Origin: Mobula hypostoma | Lineage: Eukaryota | Direction: 5' to 3' | Assembly: GCF_963921235.1 (NCBI RefSeq) | Contig: NC_086097.1 | Coordinates: forward strand, 87,546,001-87,610,000 | Length of the DNA: 64,000 nucleotides | In this document: piece after piece, positions 34,641-46,964 of the stretch | How the letters are laid out: every line of letters starts with the position of its first letter | How positions within the stretch are numbered: position 1 is the first letter of the stretch | The notes under the pieces: model-generated | The model's database searches: none | Told to the model about the DNA's origin: nothing | What the model saw: the letters and a program-made list of their open reading frames with translations, nothing else | Translations under genes and position numbers: made by a program

Positions 34641-37600
34641 TATTGCCTTATTCAGGGCTAGTTTTGTATCTTTTTCACCACAATTAGGTTCAGTTGTATT
34701 TCTTCCTAAAACCCTCTGTTTTCAACACAGGTTAGCCATTTTGAAAATTTTATTTTAGTGTCTCGTGAGAATGCTAACTCAACAGTTCTCCAGAAAGGGA
34801 ATTGTTGTTTCTGCTACTGCCACAATAAGACTAGTGACAGTCACCAAGGTTCAGCTGAAAACCAGTCCTCTTTCCTTTCATTTGAAGTATTTCCTGCAGT
34901 TTTACGCTAATATGGCTGCAATATAAAAGCTACTTTGGATTTATCAGTATTACTGTTTTTGGTGACTGACAGTAATCACTGTATGCAGAGATTCAAGAAC
35001 TGCTTAGGCTTCATACCATATTTTGTTGATCTATAAGACAATGCCATTTCATCCAGATTTATTTGCAGAGATAAAAGAGAATATGGCATTTAGATACATC
35101 AGATACATTTAGATACATCTAGAACTTTAGATTGGGAGACCTGAATTGAAACACCCCTGTCAGTGTTTACAATTTGCCTGAGAATTTAAATTCATTGAAT
35201 GCATTTTCCTACTGTCTTACTACTTATTACATCAAAACTATCAAAACGAGTTAACGAGAAGCCCTAAACTGCTGTTGGGGATTTAATGTGAGAAAATTTG
35301 TGGGTATTAATACTAATAAATGATCACCACACTGCCTTTTGACTCTTGGTTTACCTTGGAAAAGCAAATGACTCTATACTGACAAATGATTGTAACTGCT
35401 AATGTGTATTTTTAGTGGCAGGTAATATTGTGCTTTCCTGTAATTTAATTCTTCTGTGTTTTACTTGGCAGAATTGGTTTAAAAAAAATCTCAACATGTG
35501 TTTTCTTTGCATGGAAGGAAAAATCAATAATATGGAATAAAATAGTATAGAATTTAATCCTTGATAAAGCTTTTGGTGTTTCCTGGGAAGGGGAAGAGTG
35601 CTTTTATTTCTTGATATGTAGCTGCCTTTCCTTTTTTTAAAAAAAATGTCTCCAGTATATTAAAAACTAAAAAAAAATGTGCAATATTATGTTTGCTTAA
35701 TTTATGGATTTGTGATATGTTGTACTGTTTGCCAAGGTACTGAATGTGCATTTCCTTTCCATTGCATGAAAACTGTGCCCATGCTGTCTGTTCCCACCAG
35801 ACTGCCTTGTGCAGCTGGTGGAAGTCAAACGTAGAAGCTGAAATCATCAAGTCTTCCTGGTGGGCATCCTTTTCTTTCGAGTGTCAGCAGTTTTGTATAT
35901 ATCACAGAACTGACTATGAGGCCCAAGCTTTGGAAACAGGAAATGAGTCCAAGAGTTGGGCACTGCCTGATGCTCCAACTGAGCATCTGAGGCTTTTGTT
36001 TGATGTTCTGCAATATTACACAATGGACAGTTGGATGCATGTTTTTCTTAATAGGTCTGGAGGTGGCTTGCAGAAGAATTCTGATTGTGGAGTAGGGAGT
36101 GACTGTTCTGAAGTTTCTCTGAGAGGAACATGTACCAGAATTTGTTATTTCTGACCTCTCATTATCGGCTTGTTTCCTTCACTGAAAGCTGAGCTTCTCC
36201 AGCTCAATTTACGCCGGTACTTACAGTCATCAAATACAGTTGGTTGAAATGAAGGAGCAATTTTCACTATTGACTATGATTGAATGGATGCAGAGTAAAA
36301 GTTAAATTTTGCTTTTGGATTGTAAGACTGTTGCACTCATTGAACAATTACTTTTGCACAATATTTTTAACCTGAGATAGTCTTATAGGAGATCTGTTAT
36401 TTGAATGCGTTGTGCTTTGAGTTAATTATTATTGATGGTGAATTGTGCCAGCAGGGACAATAAGGATGTTTATCAATAATTGATGAAAGCTTTATTATAC
36501 TGCATTTGTTTTAATAGGAGACCTTGGATCATCTGAGAAATTTACTTGATTTGTAATTTATGGGAGAACTGCCATTGCTGTGAATTGGTCGTAGCTGATA
36601 AATGAAAGCGAAAACCAAATTACTGAGAAGGTATCATTTATTTGTTAGGGCTGAGGGGAATGCACACTTAAGACATCTGCAGGGGAATAATTAAAATGAG
36701 CCTTTTTGCTGTAAGGTTGGCAGCAGGGCTTTTCATAATTACTCTCCGATGTACGCCATTTTCTAATTTCTTTTGCTATTGCTAAATTTTGCACATTCCC
36801 TCTTATCCTGCTGAACTGACAGCTGAATTGTCTCCAGCAAGTTAAAGTAATGAAATTTTGAGACAATGTACTTCAACAGATCTTTGATTAGCCTTTGTTC
36901 AAACTGCGCTATCTGGAGTGCATTGCTTGCTACCAATACCTTTTAATTCTGAAAACTTATGATTGACATTTAGAAGCAAGTTTCCCTAACACTCACTGGA
37001 GCCACAGATAAACTTGATCTTTTTTTTGTCAGCAGCGCAGACTTGTGGATTCTTGAAGAGGCCACTGGTTTTGATTTTTACATGGCATCTTTTTAAGGTG
37101 GAAGAGTAAGTGGAGAATATTTCATTGAGAGTTGAACTCTCTTAGAAACACTAGAATTTGGAGTACTTTAATGGGCTACCCCTCTAAAAAGAGACTCTAA
37201 TCAGACAATTGCCAAGATTGATACTTTCTGATATCCTACCCCACCTCAGCAACAAATTGATTTCCTCTGTTGTAATCATAGGAAGAATCATGGAAATAAT
37301 CACAGCCTTCAGTAAATGAGAGTAAGTGGGGATTCACGCTCTCTTTCTGAGAGCTTCTCAGACGATCTAATTCTGCTCACTTGCATCTTGTTGACTTGAT
37401 TCTTGCAAAAATATCCTTGTCACTTAAGTAAGATGATGGATAGATAATTATTTCATAATGTTTCATCCCACATGGACTGTCTTTAGCTATATTTCTTGTG
37501 GTGGTGAGGATGGGGAAGACTTGGGTGAAAGTGAAGGTGAGACGAGAATGATTCTTTTCTGAAATCATTACGTATTATCAAAGTATGTACTATCAATGTC

Positions 37601-38796
37601 ACCATATACTACTCTGAGATCCATTTTCTTGCAGGCATTCACATGAACAAAAATACAATGGAATCAAAGAAAAGTATACACTTAACAAAGACTGACGAAC
37701 AACCAATGTGCAAAACCTACCATTAAGTAAATAAACAGACAAACAAACAAGCAATAAATATCAAGAACATGAGATGAAGAGTCCTTGAAAGTGAGTTCAT
37801 AGTTTGTGGAATCAGCTCAGTGTTGAGGTGAATGAAGTTATCCACATTGGTTCAAGAGCCTGATAATTGAAGGGGAATAACTATTTCTGAACCTGGTGGT
37901 GTGACCTAAATTTCCCGTGTCTCCTTGCTGATGGCAGCATGGCCTGGATGGTGGGGGTCCCTGATGATGGATGCTGCTTTCTTGTGGCAGTGCTCCTTGT
38001 GGATGTGCTCAATGGTGAGGAGGGCTTATCCTGCGATGGACTGGGCTGTATCCACTGCTTTTTGTGGGCTTTTCCATTCTTGGGCTTTGCTGTTTTCATA
38101 TCTGGCAATAATGCAGGCAGTCAAGATGCTCATCACTGTGCATCTATAGAAATTTTAATTGACATGCCCATCTGCAAATTTCTAAGAAAGTGTTGATGCT
38201 GCCTTGTCTTCTTTGTAATGGCGTTTATGTGCTGGTCCGAGGACAGATCATCTGAAATGATGATGCGAATTAATTTAAAGTTACTAATACTCTGCACCTC
38301 CAGTCCCCTAATGAGGTCTAGCTCATGGACCTCCTGTTTCTTCCTTCAGTAGCCATAATCAGTTCTTCGGTTTTGCTGACGTTGAGTGAGAGATTCTTGT
38401 TATGATATCACTCCCTCCTATATGCCAACTCATCACCACCTATGATTTGACCAACACAGTGGTGTCATGAGCTAACTTAAATATGGCATTGGGGCTGTAC
38501 GTTAATCTCACAGTCATAAGTATAAAGTGAGTAAAATAGGGGGATAAGCACACAGCCTTGTGGTGCACCTATACAGAAGGTGATTGTGGAGGAGATGCTG
38601 TTGCCAATGCAAACTGACTGGGGTTTGCAATTGAGGAAATCAAGGATCCAGTTGCGTAAGGAGGTATCGAGGCCTAGGTCTTGGAGCTTATTGATTAGTT
38701 TCGAGGGTATAATAGTGTTCATTGCTGAACAATAGTCAATGAAGAGCATCCTGATTCACATCAGTAACCTCTCAAAGCACTTCATCATTGGATGTA

Positions 38797-38915
38797 CAAT
38801 TGCAAGAAAAAGTTTGTGAACCCGTTGCAGTTACCCGGTTTTCTGCATTAATTACTCATAAAAATGCAGAAAACCAGGTAATTGCAAAGGGTTCACAGAC
38901 TTTTTCTTGCAACTG
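38797..38915. mobile_element. 119-bp Tc1-type MITE, almost entirely TIR
   Basis: caattgcaagaaaaagtttgtgaaccc...ctgcatt and aatgcag...gggttcacagactttttcttgcaactg form about 53-bp inverted repeats. TA on the left (38795-38796), CA (mutated TA) on the right. Confidence 0.85.
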
Positions 38916-39067
38916 CAAGTGCTGCTGGGTGGTAGTTACTGAGGCAGGTTACCACATTCTTCTTGGCACCGGTGTAATTGATGCTCGCTTGAAGCAGGTG
39001 GGTAACAGACTGCTGGAGCGAGAGGTGCACTCCATCCAGCTGATTAGTACAGGTCTCCATCATTCGG

Positions 39068-39127
39068 CCAGATACCCCATTTTGTCCAGATACCCCATTT
39101 TGTCCAGATACCCCATCTCGTCCAGAT
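39068..39127 (+). repeat. 18-bp tandem repeat, about 3.3 copies (ccagataccccattttgt)
   Basis: Read directly; gives the RYPILS repeats in the ORF track. Confidence 0.9.
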
Positions 39128-39221
39128 GTTTCATGAGTTCACTTTCATGAAGGACACTCTCACTTTGGCTTTAGAGATTTGTCAGGGGCAGTGGGAGTTT
39201 GTGTAGGTGCCTTTGTGCTCT

Positions 39222-40116
39222 CAAATTTCAAAGTACCTTTTATTATCAAAATATGTATAGATTATACAATCTTGAGATTTACCTCCTTAAAGCAAAAAAA
39301 AACAAAGAAACCCAAAGAATCTTTTTTTTTAAAAAACAAAGAAAGTCAAACACTTAATGTGCAGAGAGAAAAAAAACAAATCATGCAAACAATAAGAGTA
39401 AGCAAGTAGCATGTAGATTGAAAGTGAGTCTCAGACTCAACTCTTAGAGCAATCACCTGCCTCAGCCTGAGTTCAGTGCAGAGATAAGTAACATCGTGGA
39501 GCCCATAGACAGGAAGCCTGGAGCAGTTGGAACAGGCCGTGGTCTCAACCTCATTTCAGCACATAGTGTAGTGAATGTCACCGAGCCCGCAGGCCACGGC
39601 CTCAGCCTTAGTGCAGCGCAGAGTGGAGTAAACATTGCGGACCAACAAGCAGAGCCGAACCAACAAGCAGAACCAGCCCAACCCTTGCCTCTGGTCATGA
39701 CACAGTGTCTTTTCAATCCATCTGGCCCAGCGTTTCTATCGTCCAAACATCAGGTCATTTCTTGCTCCGAGACCAAGGCCCTGTCACATCGATACGCTCT
39801 GGGCCTGGAACCTGCTGCCACAATTTGGCTTGTACCCAGCCTTTACAAATCAGCCCGGCACTCAAATTGATCAAACCACACTCTCGGTTTAGGTGGGCGG
39901 GCCTTGAATCTGCCTCTGCTCTGCTTCGCTCGCCCCGACCTCACACCCGCATGCTTTGACCCTCGGCTTCGCTCGCCTCTTCATTGTTTGTGGTGATCAT
40001 TTGCCACAAATTTTTACAGCAAATGTGTTATTAACAACTTATTTAGTTGTAGTCCTTGTTTTGTTAACCGCCAGTAAGTAGTCAGTGGACTTCAGCAGCG
40101 CCATCTGAAACCGGAA
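39222..40116 (-). mobile_element. Non-coding LINE-dependent element nested in Rex1
   Basis: Minus-strand 5' end ttccggtttcagatggcgctgctg and Rex-type 3' tail ttgataataaaaggtactttgaaatttga. GC/CpG-rich interior with no protein homology recognised. Confidence 0.6.
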
Positions 40117-41149
40117 CTGTTCTGTTGCTCAACGCAAGCATAAAAGCATTTGTGCTTTTCGGGAGCAAAATCTTGTCATCACTTGGTTATGCTTTGGTAG
40201 AAGGCCTGCCACAGTTGTTGAGCATCCTTCTGTGACTTGAGTTTGGTCTGGAAGTACTACCTTGCATGTGAGGTATCTTCCCAGAGGTCATATCTGGAAC
40301 TCATTTGCTTTCCTTGGTTGTCAGATCTAACTGATTACCACTGATCTAGCCCTCAGCAGATTGTGAAGCTCTTGTTTCAACCATGGTTTCTGGTCGGGGA
40401 AGATTCTAAATGATTTTGTGGGGACACACTCGTCCATGAGTGTCTTTATAAAATCCATGACAACCGCGGTGTATTCATTCAGGTCCTCTAAGTCCTTGAA
40501 CATGACCCTGGCCACTGACTTGAAGCAATCCTGTAGCCGGTCCTCTGCTTCCCAAGACCACTTTTTTTTTGTCCTTGACTCTTGCTGTCTTGCTCTTTAA
40601 CTTCTGCCTGTGTACAGATTTCCCAAAATGCATTTTAGGGATGGAACAATGGGCATTATTGTACTGTAGCAGTGGGCGAGTGTATTGGGACTCCTTGTGC
40701 TGCATGTGATATGCTGATGATAATTGGGCTGCGGTTTCTTCAAGCTTGCCTGATTGACGTCCTCTGCGTGGATGTGAAAGGTGTCAGGGTAGACTGTTTC
40801 TTGTTTGCTAACCACAGCACTCAATAGATTGAGTGCTTGCTTAACATCTGCCCTCCATATTGGTGTATGTTTTAACATTCAGCAAACAAAGTGAATTTAC
40901 TCAGACCTGCCTCTAATGCACTTAGCTTTTATTTGATTATTATCATCATATATATTGAGATACAATAGAAAAACTTCATTTGTTTACCATCCAGAAAGAT
41001 CATGCCATGCATTAGTATATCAAGGTAGTAAATTGAGAACCGGATCAGAATACAGTGTTGCACCTGCAACTTGCAGTGCAGGCAGACGAACAAAATGTAC
41101 GAGCCACCATGAGGTATATTGTGGGGTCAGGAATTTATCTTTAGTATAT

Positions 41150-41816
41150 TAGATTATGAGAACACTCAGTCCTCTTTTATTGTCATTTAGAAATGCATAC
41201 ATGCATTAGGAAATGATACAATGTTTCTCCGGAGTGATATCACAGAAAACAAGACAGACCAAAGACTAACACTGACAAAACCACATAATTATAACACATA
41301 GTTACAGCGGTGCAAAGCAGTACCATAATTTGACAAAGGACAGACCATAGGCACAGTAAAAAAAAAGTTCTCAAAGTCCCGAGTCGATCGACTCCTGAGT
41401 CCTGGATAGCAGGCGGCAAAAGGGAGAAACTCCCTGCCATAAACCTCCAGGTACTGTCAACTTGCCGATACTTTGGAAGTAGCTGACCCTGAGTCCATCC
41501 ATCTGAAAACTCCGAGCTTCCGAGCAGCCTGTCCGATACAGCCTCCCGAGCGCCAACCTCTGCCGAGCGCCTTCAACCTCTCCCTGGCCGCTGAAACACG
41601 CAAAGCCGAGGATTTCGGGGCCTTCAGCTCCAGAGATTCTGGTTACCACACAGTAGCGGCGGTAGCAAAACAGTCATTTCAGAAGTTTTCCAGATGTTCC
41701 ACTGTGCTCTTAAGTCTGTCTCCACCAAATCAGGATTGTGCATGGTCCCCTACTTGACAAATAACAGATATTCATCACTGAAGTGGCCGCGCGTGCTGCC
41801 ATCTTCTCCCCCCTCC
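41150..41816 (-). mobile_element. Non-coding LINE-dependent element, paralogue of 29421-30056
   Basis: Both ends collinear with 29432-30047: agattatgagaacactcagtcctcttttattgtcatttag... and ...gcgcgtgctgccatcttctcc. Confidence 0.8.
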
Positions 41817-41902
41817 TGGGAGGATATGAGAGGTTCATTGAGTGGTGATACGTGCTTTCAAACTTCTGGAAATTCTGCCCAGTGGAAGTGAGGAGAAGAG
41901 GA

Positions 41903-42521
41903 TAACTGGGGTTTCACAGCTAACATAATCAATGACCGCTCTCACTCAGTTTCCTTGGGCTTCGTACAGCTAGGGAATACACACTCCGGTCCGCCAAATC
42001 TGTGAGATTGGAACCACCCTCCAGACTCCAAACCCTGGTTTGTGTGGATGCTGTGTAATTTGCTACCCTGTTACAACTCGGTGCCAAGAACTAACAGACA
42101 GCACACTGCATATGATAAAAGGAATTATATTTATGAATGTTAACTTAACTAGAGGGTTAGTAAAGAAAAGAAAGGAAAAAAAACAAAAAGGGCTATTATA
42201 ATTAAACAGTCAAATGTGCACAAGTTGGAGCTCAACTCTTCCAAAAGTCATATTCACCGATCCTTAGTATACCTCTGCTTGCTCCACTGAATCACAGTCC
42301 CCCACTGGCTCAAATCCTATGACTGGTTCTCTGCAGCAGCTTCTCACTTTATCTCCTGCGGAACAAACCCCAGCTCACACTAGTGTCAGGAACACAAAAA
42401 AAGACTCCCCCGATTGGATGGCTCACATTCCAAAACGCCCGTTATCTCTAACCATAACCCAAACACCGCTTCTACAGAAAGACCATTACGTTAGCAGTGA
42501 AACCTTTACCAGGGCGTTACA
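41903..42521. mobile_element. Possible solo LTR or terminal-inverted-repeat element
   Basis: Right end ...agggcgttaca is a TG...CA-type end. Subterminal inverted match ggtttcacagctaac vs gttagcagtgaaacc. No TSD confirmed. Confidence 0.35.
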
Positions 42522-43673
42522 GCTGCTTTCACAGTGGAGGTGGAGACAGTTGGAGAGAAGGCTAGTTCATGTGATGGACTGGACTACATGCACAGCTTCT
42601 GCAATTACTTGCAGTCTTGGGCAGAATAGTTGTTATATCATCTGGGTAAGATACTTTCAATAGCGTGTCTCTTAAAAATTGGCTAGAGTCATCAGGAACA
42701 TGCCAAATTCCCTGTACGTTCCGAGGAAGTGGAGGCTCTCGTGCTTTCTTGGCAGTATCAGCCTGGCTGGACCAGGACAAAAGGTGATACTTACACCAGG
42801 CAATTTGAAGGTCACAAACATCTGATTCTTGGCACTACCATTACAAGCAGCAATTATATACTTCCCCTGAAATCAATGACCATAATATATAGGAGTAGAA
42901 TTATGCCATTGGGTATGCTCTATCATGGTGATTTATTGTCCCTCTGAACCCCCTAAATTTAGATGGCCTTGTTAATCGAGAACCTATTAACTTCTGCTTC
43001 AAGTATACCCGATGACTTGGCCTCCACTGCCATCCATGACAATTTATACCACGGATTCACCACCCCTTTGCTAAAGCAATTTCTCCTCCCTGCTCTAAAA
43101 GGACGTCCTTATATTATGAGTCTGTTTCCAGTACTTTAGTGTATGCAGGTTTAGATTTTTATAGGATGTTGCAGTGGATTTTCTGCCCAGGTATGAGCTC
43201 TTCTAGAGATATTATTGGTGTTTATTTGTGGCAGTTGCAGTTTCCATGCAAACATGGGAGTAACTCAGCTGTGGCATATGCTACTGTATCACCTGTACTG
43301 TAACATTTCCAGTGAGGGCCTGTGGAGGAGAGAGTGCAATATTTTATAGATTACTATATCTTATCAGCTCGACATCAGTGGGAAGGATGGCTGCAACAGA
43401 ATGATGATTGCCCATTTTGTTAAGTGGAAATATTTATGATTGTTTTAAGTTCTTGTAAATGTCTTATTGTTTGGAACATTAAAAAATTATTGAAAGCCTT
43501 TTATATGACAAATGTCAAATATATTTGCACCTCTCAAATTTTAGTGATAGCTTTGACAGTGGTGAGTCTAGGGACTGGCCTCACTGATGTTCAGCTAGAG
43601 GAGATTCCAGTTAATCTGAGAGCAGGGATTATACTGTTGGTTGCTATTTTCCTTAAGGTTGTCAGAGCCAAGG

Positions 43674-44215
43674 GAGGTAGTGGGGATAGCTCCCAGTACC
43701 TATTAAATGTTCCCAATAGCATGCTTCTGAAATAGCCTCTGACAATCAAGTTCAACTCCTGGCATTCATGTGTTGCTTAGCTACTAAACCCAGCATGTTT
43801 CTGATGACAGGAGAAGGGGCAAAAGCGGGTTACTGGTCGCCTTAATACCAGTCATTTCAGGCAGATAGGACTTATCAGCTGTGGTTGGCAACTCATCTAG
43901 GAGAAGGAAAACTCTGATCTCAGATCTCTGCTGCCTTGTGGGTATACCTACTCATGAAGAAGGCTTTGGGAGTAATCCAAGGGGAAAAATCTGGAGCTGT
44001 AGTTCCTAAGGCAGAGAAACATTGAGTTCAACGCTGAATATCAATAACTACGATGCCAAACTGTATTGATCTCTGCCATTCATCAGCTGCATAGAGAGGA
44101 TGAGCCTGTTGCATGGGCAACAGTTTACTCTTCGTGTCATACTGCCTTGGTTTAGATATCAAGTAGACATCTAGACTGCAATATCCATGGTTGACCCCGA
44201 CCAATGGAGGGCCAC
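43674..44215 (+). mobile_element. RTE-5'UTR-like non-autonomous element, longest copy of the family
   Basis: Contains ctaggagaaggaaaactctga and aligns with 33150-33440 and 33905-34315. 3' end ccatggttgaccccgaccaatggagg. Confidence 0.6.
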
Positions 44216-44434
44216 ATGCTTGTGGTTGCTATGGAGAAGTTTAACAAGATTCTGCATGTCATTGAAGACTCTAAACAAACCATGACAGATTTACAGTAGG
44301 TAGCATTCTGACTCATTGAATCATGGCCTAGTATGGGAACTCCAATGCACAGGAATCCTGCAGACTCAACCAGTTACATCAGTGGTACAACTCTTCCTAC
44401 CATTGAGGGTATCTACAAGCGGTAATGTCTCAGG

Positions 44435-44746
44435 GTGTGAGCACGTGGCCAAGTGGTTAAGGCATTGGACTAGCTACCTGAAGGTCGTGAGTTCGAGCCC
44501 CAGCCGAGGGAACGTGTTGTGTCCTTGAGCAAGGCACTTAATCACACATTGCTCTGTGACGACACTGGTGCCAAGCTGTATGAGTCCTAATGCCCTTCCT
44601 TTAGACAACATTGGTGTCATGGAGAGGGGAGACTTGCAGCATGGGCAACTGCTGGTCTTCCATACAGCCTTGCCCAGGCCTGCTCTCTGGAGAGTGAAGA
44701 CTTTCCAGGCGCAGATCCATGGTCTCGCAAGACTAACGAATGCCTT
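44435..44746 (+). mobile_element. tRNA-derived SINE with CORE-like segment and RTE-like 3' module
   Basis: A box tggccaagtgg, B box gagttcgagcc, CORE-like gtgtccttgagcaaggcacttaa. TSD taatgtctcagg (44423-44434) vs taatatctcagg (44747-44758). Inserted in a Rex1 remnant (44340-44900). Confidence 0.85.
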
Positions 44747-46569
44747 TAATATCTCAGGATGGCAACAACCATCATTAAGGACCCCACATTTTGGCATGCT
44801 ATCTTCTCAATGCCGCCATCAAGCAGTAGGTACTGGAGCTTGAAGACCCACACCTGAAGGTTCAGTTACAGCCTCTTACTCACTGCCATCAGATCTTCAG
44901 TGAAACTTCTGTCTTGCCCTCTAAGTATGCATGGCTACATCAATAAACTTGAATGAGCGAGAAGATGGAGAAAGTGATGCACATGATACTGGGGAAAAAT
45001 ATGGAAGTTGATCACCATGTCTGTAGTTGAAATTACTGTGGAGTAGCATGAAGATGAAAATGGAGGAATAGTGGATAGGTTCTGGAAGAAACAAGTCATG
45101 GTGTGCATAGTTACGTGTATACAAATAATGTGGATACAGAGACTTTTGTCGTCCTTTTTAAATGAGTAGGCACTAAATTAAAGGATACAGAAAGGGTGGC
45201 AATTAATAATTTGTAGGGGCATTTAGATTGGTCATTTTTGTTCAAGGAGCTGTAAATATTGGATAAAACTAAGAACTCTAACCTACGTACAAAGTAAATT
45301 GAATTAGAAAAGGGTAAATAATTTAAAAGAACTTGGGATAAAAAGAGTGGATTCTTTGGTTGTGCATGGAAGCAATTTTTAGCATACAAGTTGTATGTTG
45401 GAAAGAAATAATAACTTTATCTTTATTAAGTAGAAATCAGTTCTGCTTTGTTTCTTCTTGAGGGGTAAAGCACCTATTCAGTGGAGGGTCTTGAAACAAT
45501 CCCAGATGCAAACTACAAGAGAAGTAAAGTTGACTTTCAGTCAGGAAATCAAGACATTAGCTGAGCAACATAAAAAGCATTGTTAATAAAGAATGCAGAT
45601 TTCTCAATCTTGTTTCAAAATGAATGCCTGGACAGTGTGTCTTGTATTAAATTATAAATACAGTATGTAGTGATTTACTGTGAATATTTGCTTAAAAATT
45701 GAACACACTTCAAATATCCTACTAGGCAGTTGATAGAATCATTTATCCTGGTTGGGGATTCAGCAATTTTTTTTAACCCGAAGAGAGTTTTTGATTGTCT
45801 TAATGCCTTTGTCCTTGACTGCTCTCCCACCTCAATTTCCATTTGCATGATTCCTTATTATTCTAGGTATTTAGGAAAATCGCCACTTCCCTTCCAAGTT
45901 GGCTAGAATGATGCAAAGGAGCAGTCTTTCATTTTGCATGTTGCACAAGTACTGTATCTGCTTTAAAGGAGGCCCTTGAGTGTAATTTGTGTGTTACGAT
46001 GGATTAGGCTGTGTGCTCAAGGAAGGTGTCTGGAGCATTTTCTGCTCTTTCAGCCTTCTGTCTGTCCATGATATATTGTTTAAAAAGAGAAATTCAGTGA
46101 ACTACAGTTCACATGTGTGATACTACTCTTCTGTCAGTGGAATATTCGGGTAGCTGTGTGAGCACTTAGTCTGCAATAAATTGCCAGGTAATTCTGGGTA
46201 TGCCAAAGTATATAGTTTCTACTTTTACAGTTAGATCAGTGATAACCTTGTATGCAGTTGAGACAGCTTTATTTTTTTTAACCTGAGTTCTGCTTCTGAG
46301 CAGTTGATCTACAACCAATAATCTGAAGCCTATAAATGTACAAAAGGTTGAAAAGTAACCTTAAAAAAAGAGGATTTGAATTAAAAAGTTGTTTTATTTT
46401 CAAGAAAGAATAATAGTTTAAAGCTAGTTATCTAAAAGTAATTGGTCACACTTGGCTGTTTTTTCTTCGGAGTTCTCCATGTGTATGGTGTGTAGATGTG
46501 TAGTAATATCAGACAATGTGCAGTGCATTTTCTGATGTTGCTTGTACATTTTTATTTTATTTTTTTATT

Positions 46570-46870
46570 TATTTTTTGAGATGCAGTGCGGAATATGTTC
46601 TTCTAGTTCTTTGAGCCAAGCTACTCAGCAAACCCTCCTCCCCCCAGATTTAATCCTAGCCTAATCACGGAACTATTTACAATGACCAATTAACTCTCAA
46701 ACATGAGGAAATCTGCATGTTTTTGGATTGTTGGAGGAAACTAGAGCACCCAAATGAAACCCACACAGTCGGGGAGAATGTACAAACTCCTTACAGGCAG
46801 CAATGGGAAGTCAGCCCCGGTTGTCTGTACTGTAAAGTGTTGTGCTAACCACAACGCTACTGTTCTGCCC
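46570..46870 (-). mobile_element. V-SINE
   Basis: ggaggaaactagagcaccc...ggggagaatgtacaaactccttacaggcagc...gtgctaaccacaacgctactgttctgccc; same family as 12830-13095. Confidence 0.7.
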
Positions 46871-46964
46871 AAAAGACGTAAGGGTGTTAGTTGTGATGCC
46901 ATGGATTGTAAGCTGTGTAACTAAAGTCAAGGCACAAAGGTAGGGCATGAGATACATTTTTAAA

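Larger units (their letters stand above)
37570..40900 (-). mobile_element. Rex1/Babar LINE, long degraded copy (APE to RT to 3' tail) with nested insertions
   Basis: RT ORF 38477-38749 [22 protein letters not shown]...[23 protein letters not shown] 40327 FPDQKPW; ORF 40597 APE remnant ..NYHQHITCSTRSPNTLAHCY; 3' tail near 37570-37760. Confidence 0.8.

Noticed and set aside
39068..39127. CRISPR-like repeat
   Set aside because: It is a head-to-tail 18-bp tandem repeat without spacers in eukaryotic LINE sequence. No CRISPR array or prokaryotic operon is present in the window.
44435..44510. tRNA gene
   Set aside because: It has A/B boxes but continues into a SINE body with a TSD. There is no clean acceptor stem or terminator.
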